IMG/VR virus record: IMGVR_UViG_3300023184_000121
Location: 1-62,817 of that record
Length of the DNA: 62,817 nt
Origin: a virus
Lineage: Duplodnaviria > Caudoviricetes
Direction: 5' to 3' (one strand)
Part shown: positions 25,773-36,134 of the stretch, piece after piece
Numbering within the stretch: position 1 is the stretch's first letter
Layout: every line of letters begins with the position of its first letter
Position numbers and translations under genes: made by a program
The notes under the pieces: generated by a model
The model's input: the letters and a program-made list of their open reading frames with translations, nothing else
Databases searched by the model: none
Told to the model about the DNA's origin: nothing

Positions 25773-27899
25773 TTAGCACGGGTTCTTGATTCTGTACTGC
25801 TGCGCCGCAGTCGTTGCCTGCCTAGTGGCTATCGCCGTTGCCTGAATGTCAGCGTCTTCTTGAGAGACATACGAAATAAACTCTGCCGTTGATGTCCCGG
25901 AGACAGAGGGGCTCCCATTTGTGCATGAAAGCTTGATCGTGATTGTTTTTTGAGAAACCCAAACGTCCTTTGTGGTAGCAACGTCTTTTGATGGAGTCTC
26001 CAAGTTCACAATCATTGAGCTACCATCCTCTGCGACAACGCACGGCACGCTTTGATCCAAAGAGAGCCTGCCAACTGAAGGCTCTGGGTACGGATCCAGA
26101 AACATTCGGATCGACTCAACCCCAAATGCCCCACACCACTCCATCAGCAAAGAGAAGGCTTTATCGACTTCTGGAGAGTTAATCGACTCGCAAGTGCTTG
26201 TGTTTGTTCGATGAACGCTTTCTGTTGTGAGGCGCCTATACTGGGTTCTCAGCAGTCCCATCTCCCGAATCTTGTCTGCATCTGCCGAGTTTTCCCATTG
26301 GTACTTGTCGGTGATGGCAATTATTCGCTGCTGCAAAATATCTTTGTACTGCCCTTTTGAGCCCCTGTACGAGACCTTTACGTCAACGCTTCCAGATATT
26401 TGAGAAGCGTCTATTTCGGCGTACACCATTTGCTTTAGATCCATTGCGTCACCTAAAAGCCCGGTCTCCATCGAGGCATAAATTCGCTGATTCTTTTCTG
26501 TCGCAGACCCGTCTTGATTGATCGTCAAATAAGTGTCGAACCTGTTCGGAGTGAACGCTTCCCAAATGTGATTAAAGGAGGCGTCCTCGGTTGCGCCGTA
26601 GTCCACGGAAAATGCAAAAAGACGAGGTTGATTTCCAATAAACCCAGACGTCCATTCAATTGGACGGATTCCAGTCCAGATTCCGGCCCATGCCGGAGAC
26701 CTAGATTGATTCCATTCTGACGCCGGGACGTAGTCCAGAACCATTGTTGCGCTGTTTCCCTTCTCTAGGTAGGGAATTGAAGTCAAAAGGTAGTTTTCAA
26801 AAGAAGCAGCGCAAATTTGAGTGATATCCTGAGCCATCAATCGCTTCACTCGAGCCATTTCCACGTCCTTGTACAAAACCTGCGACGACAAGTACGAAGA
26901 TGCCGCAACGTCGGCGCTTACAAGCCCCCCTTGGCTAAACCACCACATCATGCCTGCCTGAAAGCAGATCGATTTTCCGGCAACGCATCCAATGTTAGGG
27001 TAAAGCGTATTTTGAAAGTTTGGAGTGGATGCCCAAAGCGACCTGTCGAGAACCCCGGAGGCAAATGAAAATGTGCTGCGATCACTGAACACGAAGAGCC
27101 TAGAGTCATTATTCTGCCCAATGTGGTCTGTCATGCCCGTTACGGGCCTTGGAATTGAAAAATCGCCCCTCCCCGCCCCAGACACCCGCTCTGTCCAACC
27201 AAGTGGATTTCCTAGATCTGAAGCTTGGATCACGTTCTCCGAGGCAACCCATAGTCTATTTCCTGAAAACGCCATCCAAAATCCAACAGGAGCATCAGCG
27301 GCCCGTTGACCTGTTAAATCCGATCCATCCCAATAATGCGGTGTGGACACGCCATCCTGAATCACAACAATTCGATGCGATGGAGTCACCGTTACGCCGC
27401 CAGCCGGGTTTGTTTCTGCGCTTTTTGTCGCAATAGCAAAGTTGACCCGATCAATATTTGGATCCAGCTCAATTCCAGAAAGCCTGTAATCATCCCAGTC
27501 TTTAGGCTGGGTTAAAGGAAAGGGCGCGTAGTAAACTCGCCCGTTAACGCAAAAAACGATGTAGGATATCTCGCGCTCAGAGGATTCCTGCCCGGATGGA
27601 GTAAATATTGTCGGCGCCCTGTAGACTATTGACCCGGTATTAGTTGTGATTGTAGTGGCTGCTGATGCTTGCTTGTTTGCGTTGAAAACAACCCCTCCTT
27701 GAAAGTTTCCTTTAGGCACAGAAAGCCTCATTGAAAACCCGGGCCTAGTTTGAACAATGCCGCCGCGCACATTTATGTTCACTCCCCACTTAAACTGGTC
27801 TTCTGGAAGCGCCCAAGGCGAGCGCACCGAGTTTACTCCATGCACCCATCCGGCAGAGGCTTTTTGCTGCCGCCCGGAAGTAATGTTTGGACTCTTCAT
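25773..27899 (-). CDS. Putative tail nozzle / tail tubular protein B (beta-propeller type)
   Basis: 708 aa; N-terminal G-x-NS...NINVRGGIVQTRPG, GNRLWVA...SD, IGCVA; follows the adaptor-like gene. Confidence 0.7.
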   Translation of the reverse strand: MKSPNITSGRQQKASAGWVHGVNSVRSPWALPEDQFKWGVNINVRGGIVQTRPGFSMRLSVPKGNFQGGVVFNANKQASAATTITTNTGSIVYRAPTIFTPSGQESSEREISYIVFCVNGRVYYAPFPLTQPKDWDDYRLSGIELDPNIDRVNFAIATKSAETNPAGGVTVTPSHRIVVIQDGVSTPHYWDGSDLTGQRAADAPVGFWMAFSGNRLWVASENVIQASDLGNPLGWTERVSGAGRGDFSIPRPVTGMTDHIGQNNDSRLFVFSDRSTFSFASGVLDRSLWASTPNFQNTLYPNIGCVAGKSICFQAGMMWWFSQGGLVSADVAASSYLSSQVLYKDVEMARVKRLMAQDITQICAASFENYLLTSIPYLEKGNSATMVLDYVPASEWNQSRSPAWAGIWTGIRPIEWTSGFIGNQPRLFAFSVDYGATEDASFNHIWEAFTPNRFDTYLTINQDGSATEKNQRIYASMETGLLGDAMDLKQMVYAEIDASQISGSVDVKVSYRGSKGQYKDILQQRIIAITDKYQWENSADADKIREMGLLRTQYRRLTTESVHRTNTSTCESINSPEVDKAFSLLMEWCGAFGVESIRMFLDPYPEPSVGRLSLDQSVPCVVAEDGSSMIVNLETPSKDVATTKDVWVSQKTITIKLSCTNGSPSVSGTSTAEFISYVSQEDADIQATAIATRQATTAAQQYRIKNPC

Positions 27900-27900
27900 G

Positions 27901-30900
27901 TCAGAACATTATTGGATCTTGCCCATCACCGTATGTGATGTTGTTTATTTGAGGCGTAGACATTGCGTGCCCCTCGGCGGCTTCGGTTTGTAATTGTAAA
28001 TATCGAACAGCCGTGGCCCAATATTTTTGAGCCTGCTCAAAGAAATCCTTATTCTCGAGGTCTACGGCGTGAACGGCAGCAATAATTGCCCGCACGTTTT
28101 CAATCGGCAAATAGTCATAAACTGACGTCACGACCGGGGCTTGAACGCGGTAAAGAATTCTTGCCCAAGCACAAGGCCTACCGATTCGGATTCTTCGATA
28201 TTTTGGATTTGTCTCGTCCGGGTGATACTGCCCAATCAACGTCATGTCGTTTGATCTGCCGTAATCAAAAGCGTAGAGAGAAATGTACCCAACGCTTTTT
28301 GGCTTTTCGACGTGCAGGATGACCTTTGCCAAGGTTGGTTGAAGAAGAGAATCTATAAAAAAAGTGCTCTTAACACTGTCTCCGACAGACTGATACTTAA
28401 CAAGCCCGGTAACTGAGGATGTGTTTATTGCGTGAGCGTATGTGTCGTAAAGCTGAAAAGACGAGGCATCAAACCTTCTAATGTAATAATATTGAGGAAC
28501 TAGCGCAGTAGACTCACTGAGCCCGCCGGGAAGAGAATCGTCTATGTTTGGTCGAGCGGTCACCTGCTGCCCGGTTTCAAAAATTGACTTGAGCGCAACT
28601 ATTTCAGTTGATGCCTTTGGCTTAGAATTAAAAACGTAAACCATTCGCAATTGGCCTACAGTCAATGACGTAAGCGTCACCTTGGATCCGCTCAAGTAAA
28701 CGGTGATGCTGTTCCCTGAGATTTTTATTGAGTAAAGCGTAGTCGCAGACAATGGGGCCGGAAGCGTCCCGGACGACGCAAAGTAAACAGGCATTCCATC
28801 TTGCAGATACTCTATACTGAAGGGAATTATTTCACTATTGTAAACTGCTGCGGACGCCGTCGCCCTATACGCAAAATAACTTTGCCCAGTCCCGAGCGCC
28901 GTAATGGATAGCGGAACCCGGTTTGTGACCGACGGCGGATCGACGTATATGTACGCGCCGTTTGTTGTTTTCCCTATGTAATACTGGATCGACCCAACTC
29001 CAACCGAAGGCGACGTAATTGGAAAAATGTAATCGCTACCAAGAAATACTGGCTGAGTAGAAGATATCCCAGAAAAATCACCGTACCAAATTCCAGTAAA
29101 ACCTACTCCAAATGCCCTTGTTAGAGCTAAATACAAGGTTCCGCTACCCGTCGATGTTATGATTATGTCCGAGAAATCTGGATTCTTAATCGTGAACGAA
29201 CCATTTGATGATGGGCCTTCTGCCCGATAGGTTGCCCCCTGCTGTAGCGGAGATGGCAACGTGCCAGTGCTCGAAAACTGAACAAAAATACCAGTAGAAG
29301 GAAGAATTGAAACGGTCGGGGCATAAGAATACCCGGTGCCTTCTGTTACTACCGTGATTCCAGTGACCACTCCTGTGAATTTGGTTGTAAAAGAAGCGCC
29401 TGATCCCTTTGAAAAGCTGTAAACGGGTGAAGAGTACCCGCTTCCGGGAGTCAGTATATTTAAACCAACAAGATTGCCAGCAGCATTAGAAACAACCGTT
29501 GCGGTAGCCCCGCTCCCGCTTCCTCCAAGGACATCTGTTATTACAACGGTTGCTCCGTTATAATTAATCCCGCCTGCTGTAACTAAAATTGAACCAATCC
29601 CACGAGAATCAAGGGTTGCTGTTCCACTTGCCCCTGTTCCACCTCCTCCCGTGATGTAAACAGCCGGAGCAGACGTGTAGTCGTAGCCGCTGTCTATCAT
29701 TTGAAAGGCAGTCACAAACGAAGTTGTAATAGAACACTGGGCATTTGCGTTCCCGGCGCTCAGCGCGACCCGTGGAGGGTATGCATACCCAGACCCGGCA
29801 GACGTAATAACAATTGCGTTAATTGCTTGAGAAACCGTATTTATGGAAGCGTAGGCAGACGCGCCCGATCCATAGCCAGTCAACGTGACGCCAGTCACCG
29901 CTCCTGCGCCATTAACAACGGCAACTCCTTTAGCATGGAACCCTGTCGCAGACAACCCTCCTCCAGAAAACACAACAGCCGGAGGAGAGGCAGCGCTATA
30001 TCCACTATTTCCGGCAGACACAGCAACAGAAGCAACATACTGTTTTCCTGTTGCCGCGTCGGTTGCCATTGTTGCCGTGGCTGTTGCCTGAACTCCAGTT
30101 GTGCCCCCCACAATCAACACTGTCGGCACTGCGGTGTACCCAATTCCGCCAATATCCGAAAATGTAACAGTCGGAGCTGACGTGTACCCTGTATTTGTGC
30201 CTCCAAAGCTTGCGCTAGTCACTGGCCCAGTAATTACCGCTATTGCCGATGCTCCTGATCCAGTGGCATTTGGGAGCGAAAAATTGGCGGCAATTTGGTT
30301 TCTATTCCCGGGAGCGGCAGTTGCCGTAATTAGCTTCACAACGCTATTAATTCCGCTTCCAAGAGTCGTAAAATTAATACTATTCGTCCCAGCAATAGCG
30401 TCCGCGTAGTTTGTGTGCAGAGTGCAAGAAAGAGGCTCGTTTTGCAGCAGTCCGATGTAATACGTCTGCCCGGCAATTAAAGGCGCAGGAAGCGTTCCTC
30501 CGTTGGTGTAAACCTGCACCGAGTCTCCAAGCGCGTATTGAGGAGCGACAGAAAAAATCAGCTTTGTCTGAGGCGATATAGCCTTCCGAATGTCTATCGC
30601 AAAAGAGCCAGAGCTGCCAGTCATGCGAATCTGATTTGACCCAGAGATTGCATCTGAAATGCTTTCATAAATTGCCAGATCCGTTGTGCTTATTGGAATG
30701 GCAAAGTAGGTCGTATCTTGAATTATTGGTGATGGCGCAATGAACGTAGTCGATCCCTGCTTGGACGGGAACACGACTTCGTTCGGGCTATCAATAGAAA
30801 TGGGCATAGCGACACTCGCTCTCACAACAGTGTTGAGATCGCAAAGCCTGTTGTCGTTCAGGACAACAGGGAGAGCGCTGTTAATGTTGTTAAAGAGCAC

Positions 30901-31659
30901 CGGGTTAATGCCCTGAATTGCATCAAGTTGATTTGCGTGTAGTTGAATATTGAGGTCATCAACCACCGAGGCGTAATACGTCGATCCTACGGTTAGCCCC
31001 TCTCCGACTCCTGTTGTAAGAGCGTCAACAGTAAATGGCTCCCCGCTAGTTGCGTAGTGTCCGTTAACTGTGTCGGTTGTGGTCAGTTGAGTCAGCGGAG
31101 AAACAGCAACCTCCCGGGTTTGAATCGTGACTCCGTCGGGAGCTATTGTTCCAAAAGCAAAATCCTGCTGGCTATGCACCGGGACAAGCATCCCGTCTAA
31201 CAGCGTTCCGTCTTCTGCTTGAGTTCTAAGCGCCCGGTTTGAAGAGTCTGTGCCTATAACTCGAATTTTGAGCCCAACGTCGGAGTTGTGCTCGGCAACA
31301 GCAACTAGTTGAGACGGCTGGCGAATGTCCATCAATGTACTCACCATCCCACGGTCATCCCATGCCCACTCAACCGTGTTATACATCCCCCCCTTGTTGA
31401 CGTGGAACTGAAATAGCCTGTTTCGGAAGTAGGTAGGGCTGCCATCCACGTTGACGGCGAGGGGTATCTCTACCCCCCGGGGAAGCGTAACAGTTACGCC
31501 ATCCCATCCAGTGCAGACGTCCACCTCGCGATTTTGATGAAACCAGTGAGCTTGATCCATCAGGCTTTGAACAGCCTGAGTGATCGTCCTAAACGCCTTT
31601 GCCTTATCGGCAGTGGCAAGGATCTCTTGAACTTCCTCAATGATCTCCGAAACAAACAT
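27901..31659 (-). CDS. Putative head-tail adaptor (tubular A-like termini) carrying ~900 aa of inserted beta-rich repeats
   Basis: Helical N- and C-termini; repeated GTLP(A/S)PL...TYY and G-x-GY-x-x-(A/P)P-x-V units inside. Confidence 0.65.
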   Translation of the reverse strand: MFVSEIIEEVQEILATADKAKAFRTITQAVQSLMDQAHWFHQNREVDVCTGWDGVTVTLPRGVEIPLAVNVDGSPTYFRNRLFQFHVNKGGMYNTVEWAWDDRGMVSTLMDIRQPSQLVAVAEHNSDVGLKIRVIGTDSSNRALRTQAEDGTLLDGMLVPVHSQQDFAFGTIAPDGVTIQTREVAVSPLTQLTTTDTVNGHYATSGEPFTVDALTTGVGEGLTVGSTYYASVVDDLNIQLHANQLDAIQGINPVLFNNINSALPVVLNDNRLCDLNTVVRASVAMPISIDSPNEVVFPSKQGSTTFIAPSPIIQDTTYFAIPISTTDLAIYESISDAISGSNQIRMTGSSGSFAIDIRKAISPQTKLIFSVAPQYALGDSVQVYTNGGTLPAPLIAGQTYYIGLLQNEPLSCTLHTNYADAIAGTNSINFTTLGSGINSVVKLITATAAPGNRNQIAANFSLPNATGSGASAIAVITGPVTSASFGGTNTGYTSAPTVTFSDIGGIGYTAVPTVLIVGGTTGVQATATATMATDAATGKQYVASVAVSAGNSGYSAASPPAVVFSGGGLSATGFHAKGVAVVNGAGAVTGVTLTGYGSGASAYASINTVSQAINAIVITSAGSGYAYPPRVALSAGNANAQCSITTSFVTAFQMIDSGYDYTSAPAVYITGGGGTGASGTATLDSRGIGSILVTAGGINYNGATVVITDVLGGSGSGATATVVSNAAGNLVGLNILTPGSGYSSPVYSFSKGSGASFTTKFTGVVTGITVVTEGTGYSYAPTVSILPSTGIFVQFSSTGTLPSPLQQGATYRAEGPSSNGSFTIKNPDFSDIIITSTGSGTLYLALTRAFGVGFTGIWYGDFSGISSTQPVFLGSDYIFPITSPSVGVGSIQYYIGKTTNGAYIYVDPPSVTNRVPLSITALGTGQSYFAYRATASAAVYNSEIIPFSIEYLQDGMPVYFASSGTLPAPLSATTLYSIKISGNSITVYLSGSKVTLTSLTVGQLRMVYVFNSKPKASTEIVALKSIFETGQQVTARPNIDDSLPGGLSESTALVPQYYYIRRFDASSFQLYDTYAHAINTSSVTGLVKYQSVGDSVKSTFFIDSLLQPTLAKVILHVEKPKSVGYISLYAFDYGRSNDMTLIGQYHPDETNPKYRRIRIGRPCAWARILYRVQAPVVTSVYDYLPIENVRAIIAAVHAVDLENKDFFEQAQKYWATAVRYLQLQTEAAEGHAMSTPQINNITYGDGQDPIMF

Positions 31660-31662
31660 GAG

Positions 31663-32025
31663 TTAGTATTTTTTGGATCCCTCTTGGGCAATGGATTTCA
31701 AAAACTTCTCATCTTCCGACAAGGGCTCTTGCGCTTCCTGATCAGCAGACTCCATTGCTTCCTCCTCGGGGGACTCAGTGCCGCCATATGCCATTGTTCC
31801 TCCCTTTTGTCCCTCAACAGCCATTGAGGCGGCTTTCAGTGCCTGCGATAGCTCGCTCACAAGCATATTGACGGTGTCAAAGATCTCCTTTGGCATTGAA
31901 AGCATTACGGATCCGTCTGCCGGGGATCCAGCGGGGGCACCCATAGGAGCGCCTTGCATTGATGCTGCGATATCGCCCTCACCCATTCCGGGATTGGCGC
32001 TCATGTTCATGTCTTTTGGTGGCAT
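31663..32025 (-). CDS. Acidic hypothetical protein (120 aa)
   Basis: ORF preceded by a promoter-like element. Confidence 0.6.
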   Translation of the reverse strand: MPPKDMNMSANPGMGEGDIAASMQGAPMGAPAGSPADGSVMLSMPKEIFDTVNMLVSELSQALKAASMAVEGQKGGTMAYGGTESPEEEAMESADQEAQEPLSEDEKFLKSIAQEGSKKY

Positions 32026-32045
32026 AGTGTGTAGGTGTAGGGAAG

Positions 32046-32078
32046 CAATAATGCTTCAGATTATTTTTTTCTCAAGAC
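32046..32078 (-). promoter_or_regulatory. Possible sigma70-like promoter for the tail operon
   Basis: Minus strand TTGAGA-aaaaaaataatctgaag-CATTAT. Confidence 0.4.
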
Positions 32079-32668
32079 GATAACACTAATTCTAGGTTGT
32101 CGCCTTCTTGAGCACCAACGGAGTACTTCAGTGCTGCATACAACCTTAGCGTAAAATCTAGATGCTCAGGATTTGTCAGCGAATTGCTCTCAAAAACAAT
32201 TTTACTTGGTGCAAGGCTTGGCTTTTTAAGCATCTCAATAAAAAACCACTTCAAAACAGAACAATCGCCGCCCTCAGTGTCAATTTTTAACAAATTTATG
32301 GACTCCACGTTGTTTCCAGAAATCAGCTCGGAAATAGGCATTAACGGAACCTGATCAACGGTTAGCGCGTGCGTGCATTGCAGTTTGTAATGTTGAGGAT
32401 GTGGCCCCCCAATTGAATTACACCCCCTCAACCAGTCAGGAAGTCCAAGATTGGCAATTACGTCAGGATGAACAAAATAGACATCGCAATATCCGCCTGT
32501 GTTGTCAAATGAGATTGCCGCGTGGATCTTTTTGACGTTTTGCCTTTCTGGCAAAGCTGCCAAATAAAACCCAATAGGCTCAACACACAATCCCACTGCG
32601 TCTGGTGCTGATTTTTCAACAACTGACTCAAAGTCAGACGTGCCAATTTCTATAAAGTCGTAATGCAT
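32072..32668 (-). CDS. FkbM-family methyltransferase
   Basis: DFIEIGTSDF, VEP, AAIS, INLLKIDTEGGD, IVFE. Confidence 0.85.
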   Translation of the reverse strand: MHYDFIEIGTSDFESVVEKSAPDAVGLCVEPIGFYLAALPERQNVKKIHAAISFDNTGGYCDVYFVHPDVIANLGLPDWLRGCNSIGGPHPQHYKLQCTHALTVDQVPLMPISELISGNNVESINLLKIDTEGGDCSVLKWFFIEMLKKPSLAPSKIVFESNSLTNPEHLDFTLRLYAALKYSVGAQEGDNLELVLSS

Positions 32669-32669
32669 A

Positions 32670-33563
32670 CTATTCAATTAATTTTACCCAAGCTTCAACG
32701 CGAGTGCGCCAGTCAAAATGGTCTCTTGCATAAGCTTGTGAACGCTCGCAGGCTTGTTTATAAATTGTCGGATCGCGATGCGCTAGAAGCGCGGCCTTGG
32801 CATCTTCGACCCATTCATCTTCTGGAAGGCGCAATGGAATGCCAAAATTTCCGTCAAAATAACCAACCCCGGCGGAGCACAAAACCAATCGACCTGCCGC
32901 TGTTGCTTCCAGCATAGGCAAGCCACAGGCTTCGTAATCCGATGGAAGTAAAAGTGCGTCTATTGACTCATAAAACCCAGCCATGCACAGATGATGCATG
33001 AAGGTGTGATCGCGAAACTCAAGCGGCAACCCGTCCAGCGTCTTTGAGACCAAGTGCTTTCTTTTGAAATCCTTACCAGACGGGCGCTCGTGAAACAGCG
33101 CACCAGCATACCCAACAACGCGCAAAGAGTTGCTGGCTTTTGAATAAAAATGATCAAAATCAATTCCGTTTAAAACGACGTCAGGAATCCGTTGAACCCC
33201 AAATTGTTTACTCGACTCCACGAGTGTTGGATTGATTACTCCGTAAGCTTTTAATTCATCAAATACCTCTGCTCCTGAGGTTTGCACGCACTGGTGAATG
33301 TCTGTGTCATTGTGGGCGACAGTCACAATCCGATTTTTTGGAATTGCAAATGTATGCAATAGATGGGGTAGCGCTTGTGGAATAGTGTACCAGACTTGAA
33401 ATTTTTGCCTCAAATACTCGATCTCTGTTGCGCTGTAAGAGCTTCTCCAGTCGAGAATGTGAGCGTAAATTCCGCGCTCCCAAAACCTTTTGATTAAAGC
33501 GTTGTGAATCTGACCGAAAGCCCATGCGTTCTCGATGAAGAATAAAACGGATCGGCTATACAT
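32670..33563 (-). CDS. GT-B (GT4-like) glycosyltransferase, tandem paralog B
   Basis: NGID...VGYAG...K...FYESIDALLLPSDYEACGLPMLEA. Confidence 0.85.
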   Translation of the reverse strand: MYSRSVLFFIENAWAFGQIHNALIKRFWERGIYAHILDWRSSYSATEIEYLRQKFQVWYTIPQALPHLLHTFAIPKNRIVTVAHNDTDIHQCVQTSGAEVFDELKAYGVINPTLVESSKQFGVQRIPDVVLNGIDFDHFYSKASNSLRVVGYAGALFHERPSGKDFKRKHLVSKTLDGLPLEFRDHTFMHHLCMAGFYESIDALLLPSDYEACGLPMLEATAAGRLVLCSAGVGYFDGNFGIPLRLPEDEWVEDAKAALLAHRDPTIYKQACERSQAYARDHFDWRTRVEAWVKLIE

Positions 33564-33564
33564 A

Positions 33565-34458
33565 TTATTCAATTAATTTTACCCAAGGCTCGATGCGGTC
33601 ACTCCAATCGAAATGGTCTCGAGCGTACTGCTGGGATCGCTCGCAGGTCTCTCGGTATATTATTGGGTCTTGGTGCGCCAATAGGGCGGCTCTGGCGTCC
33701 TTAACCCACTCGTCTTCCGGGAGACGGCAATTAACTCCAAAATTTCCGTCAAAATAACCAACTCCAGAGGAACATAGCACTAATCTTCCGGCGGCAGCCG
33801 CCTCCATCATGGGCAAGCCGCAGGCTTCATAGCTAGAGGGCAGCAAAAGAGCGTCTATCGTCTGGTAGAACGAAGCCATGCACAAGTGATGCATGAAATT
33901 GTGGTCTTTAAACTCAAGCGGCAACCCATCCAGCACCCTTGGGATAAGTTCCTTTCGTTTACAGTCAACTCCATCGGGACGGTTATGAAACAGCGCCCCG
34001 GCGTACCCGGCAATCTTCACTGCATTGCCTATGGGCGAGTAGAAAAAGTCAAAATCAATGCCGTTGAGTACGACATCTGGAACTCGCGTCAGCCCAAACT
34101 GCTGGCTAGACGATACCAGCGACTCGTGGACGGCTCCATAGGCTTTGAGGCCGTCAAACATCTCAGGGCCAGCAGCCATGACTGCTTTGTGGATGTCGTC
34201 GTCAGCGTGCGCGACCGTAATGATGCGTTCTTTTGGAATTCCAAACGTCTGCATCAAAACAGGAACCTGCGGCGGGTTCGTGTACCAGTACTCAAACTTT
34301 TGCCGCAAGTACTCTATCTCAAGGGCACTGTAGCTCAGATTCCAGTCGAGAATGTGAGAGTAAATACCATGCTGCCACAGTCTCTTCACAAGTGCATTGT
34401 GAATTGTTCCAAACGCCCAAGCGTTACGAGTAAAAAACAGGACAGAATTTTTATACAT
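33565..34458 (-). CDS. GT-B (GT4-like) glycosyltransferase, tandem paralog A
   Basis: FYQTIDALLLPSSYEACGLPMMEA; colinear with 32670-33563. Confidence 0.85.
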   Translation of the reverse strand: MYKNSVLFFTRNAWAFGTIHNALVKRLWQHGIYSHILDWNLSYSALEIEYLRQKFEYWYTNPPQVPVLMQTFGIPKERIITVAHADDDIHKAVMAAGPEMFDGLKAYGAVHESLVSSSQQFGLTRVPDVVLNGIDFDFFYSPIGNAVKIAGYAGALFHNRPDGVDCKRKELIPRVLDGLPLEFKDHNFMHHLCMASFYQTIDALLLPSSYEACGLPMMEAAAAGRLVLCSSGVGYFDGNFGVNCRLPEDEWVKDARAALLAHQDPIIYRETCERSQQYARDHFDWSDRIEPWVKLIE

Positions 34459-35593
34459 ACAAGCTCTTGTAATTCAACCCGAGCGAAGTCAACGGTCGGT
34501 CATGTAGCTCATACCATCCATTTCCGCGCATCACATCCGAAAAGTCGTCAAATGCTCTCTGGAACTTAGGACGAACTGCGTCCAACGAGAAATTATCCTG
34601 AGCAAAACGAATCATTCGATCCCGGTTAATGGTCGGAACCAATCGAATGGCCCGAAGGATATCTCCCATCGTGGTACATCTGAACCCATTCACTCCATCT
34701 ACGATGTATTCCGTCATTGCTCCTGCATCAGTGCAGACCGGGACACACCCGCTCAACATCGACTCAACAGCGGTTCCCCCAAACGGTTCCCAGTACGTTG
34801 AAAGGAGGAATGAAAAAGATGCTTCTCCAAGAAGCCGTTTCCGGGTTTCGAGATCAGCGTATCCAATGTACTCGACGTGATCGGGCCATTTCTCGTATCC
34901 CACATCCTGCGGGCCTCCCTGCCCGGCTATGACCAATTTGACGCCAGCTCGGAACGAAACCTCAATTGCAATATCAACGCCCTTATTTGGGCCAATCCGA
35001 CCCAATGCAACCGCATAAGGCTGGCGCTCGCTTTTTGCCTCGAAGTCTCGAAGGTCAAAATAATTTGGAACGACTCGCCCGTACCATTCCGGGTTACAAT
35101 ACGCAACTGTCTGCGTCCCGGCAAAAGCCGCTTTAAGCGGATAGGACTCGTAGCAGCGAAATTGAGCAAAGGCGTATCCACACCCAATGCCGGGCTCAAC
35201 GACAATCAAGTCGCCGTCTTTATTTGCCTCATGCGCGGACTGAGCTGTACCTCCCCAGAAGCACAAAACAAAGTCCCCCCGTTGTTTTCGAGCATAAATT
35301 TCCCGCCCAGCGTTTTCGTTGAACGTCTTGTGGGCGTGGTCGTCAATTGAATGCTTGAACAAGCCCTTCTTCCAGTCGTATCCCCCGTAAGCCTGCTCGA
35401 GCGTGTCATTGTCTGTGACCGTCACCTGCTCGTCGGCATCCGTCACGGAGTCCTTGTGGCCGTAATGGATCGTCTTGTAACCATGCCCCCGAAACATGGT
35501 CAGAAACTTACGCACCTTTTGGGTAAAGGCGCACGCTACATAGTCAGCGTTGGAGATGGTGTGAGGGAGTCCAAGGCAGTGTAGTTGAGTCAT
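34451..35593 (-). CDS. GT4-family glycosyltransferase
   Basis: LGRIGPNKG...AGQG...EPFGGTAVESMLSGCVPV. Confidence 0.88.
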   Translation of the reverse strand: MTQLHCLGLPHTISNADYVACAFTQKVRKFLTMFRGHGYKTIHYGHKDSVTDADEQVTVTDNDTLEQAYGGYDWKKGLFKHSIDDHAHKTFNENAGREIYARKQRGDFVLCFWGGTAQSAHEANKDGDLIVVEPGIGCGYAFAQFRCYESYPLKAAFAGTQTVAYCNPEWYGRVVPNYFDLRDFEAKSERQPYAVALGRIGPNKGVDIAIEVSFRAGVKLVIAGQGGPQDVGYEKWPDHVEYIGYADLETRKRLLGEASFSFLLSTYWEPFGGTAVESMLSGCVPVCTDAGAMTEYIVDGVNGFRCTTMGDILRAIRLVPTINRDRMIRFAQDNFSLDAVRPKFQRAFDDFSDVMRGNGWYELHDRPLTSLGLNYKSLYV

Positions 35594-35863
35594 TTATTGT
35601 TTTTGTATATTGATGATGCGGCTGTCATCCTGAGTCGCGATAAATTCATGCATTTGGAACGCTGGCAGGTCAATGACCGCCCCGGCCTGAAACACTTGAT
35701 CTAGCACAGGAGTTATAACCCTGATGGATCCCCTTGCCACAATCGTGATGTGCTGCGTTGTCTCGTTGTGTCCGTGCGAAGGGAGAATGTCGTCAACTTG
35801 TGGAAAATCGTAAATTGAACCAACAATAATTCCAAATCTGAACGGCTTTGGTGTCACTACCAT
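35594..35863 (-). CDS. Small cupin-fold protein
   Basis: LPSHGH...HITIVARGS...HEFIA. Confidence 0.7.
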   Translation of the reverse strand: MVVTPKPFRFGIIVGSIYDFPQVDDILPSHGHNETTQHITIVARGSIRVITPVLDQVFQAGAVIDLPAFQMHEFIATQDDSRIINIQKQ

Positions 35864-35864
35864 A

Positions 35865-36131
35865 TCACAAAACGGTTGGCTGCTCAGTGCTTGTGCATTC
35901 GGCAGGGTCAACGGGCGCTTTACGCGCCTTACTCAGCTCAAATAGCGGATCGATCGGACATTCTACAAACCCTTCACCCGTATACCTGTGTGTCTTCGGC
36001 GCTACCTGTAGGTCGTCTGGTATTTCAACCCAAATCACTCCGGGGAAATCTCCTTCAATTTTTTGATCTAAAACCTCGCAAAACCTGTACGGTTGCTCGG
36101 ATTCAAACGTCGTTATAAGAGCGTATTTCAT
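35865..36131 (-). CDS. Hypothetical protein, tail-fibre-assembly-like
   Basis: MKYALI...WVEIPDD; follows the Gly-rich fibre gene. Confidence 0.5.
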   Translation of the reverse strand: MKYALITTFESEQPYRFCEVLDQKIEGDFPGVIWVEIPDDLQVAPKTHRYTGEGFVECPIDPLFELSKARKAPVDPAECTSTEQPTVL

Positions 36132-36134
36132 AAA

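Noticed and set aside
32670-34458. Near-duplicate sequences as the TR/VR pair of a diversity-generating retroelement
   Set aside because: Both copies are whole intact genes, differences are not adenine-specific, and no reverse transcriptase was seen.
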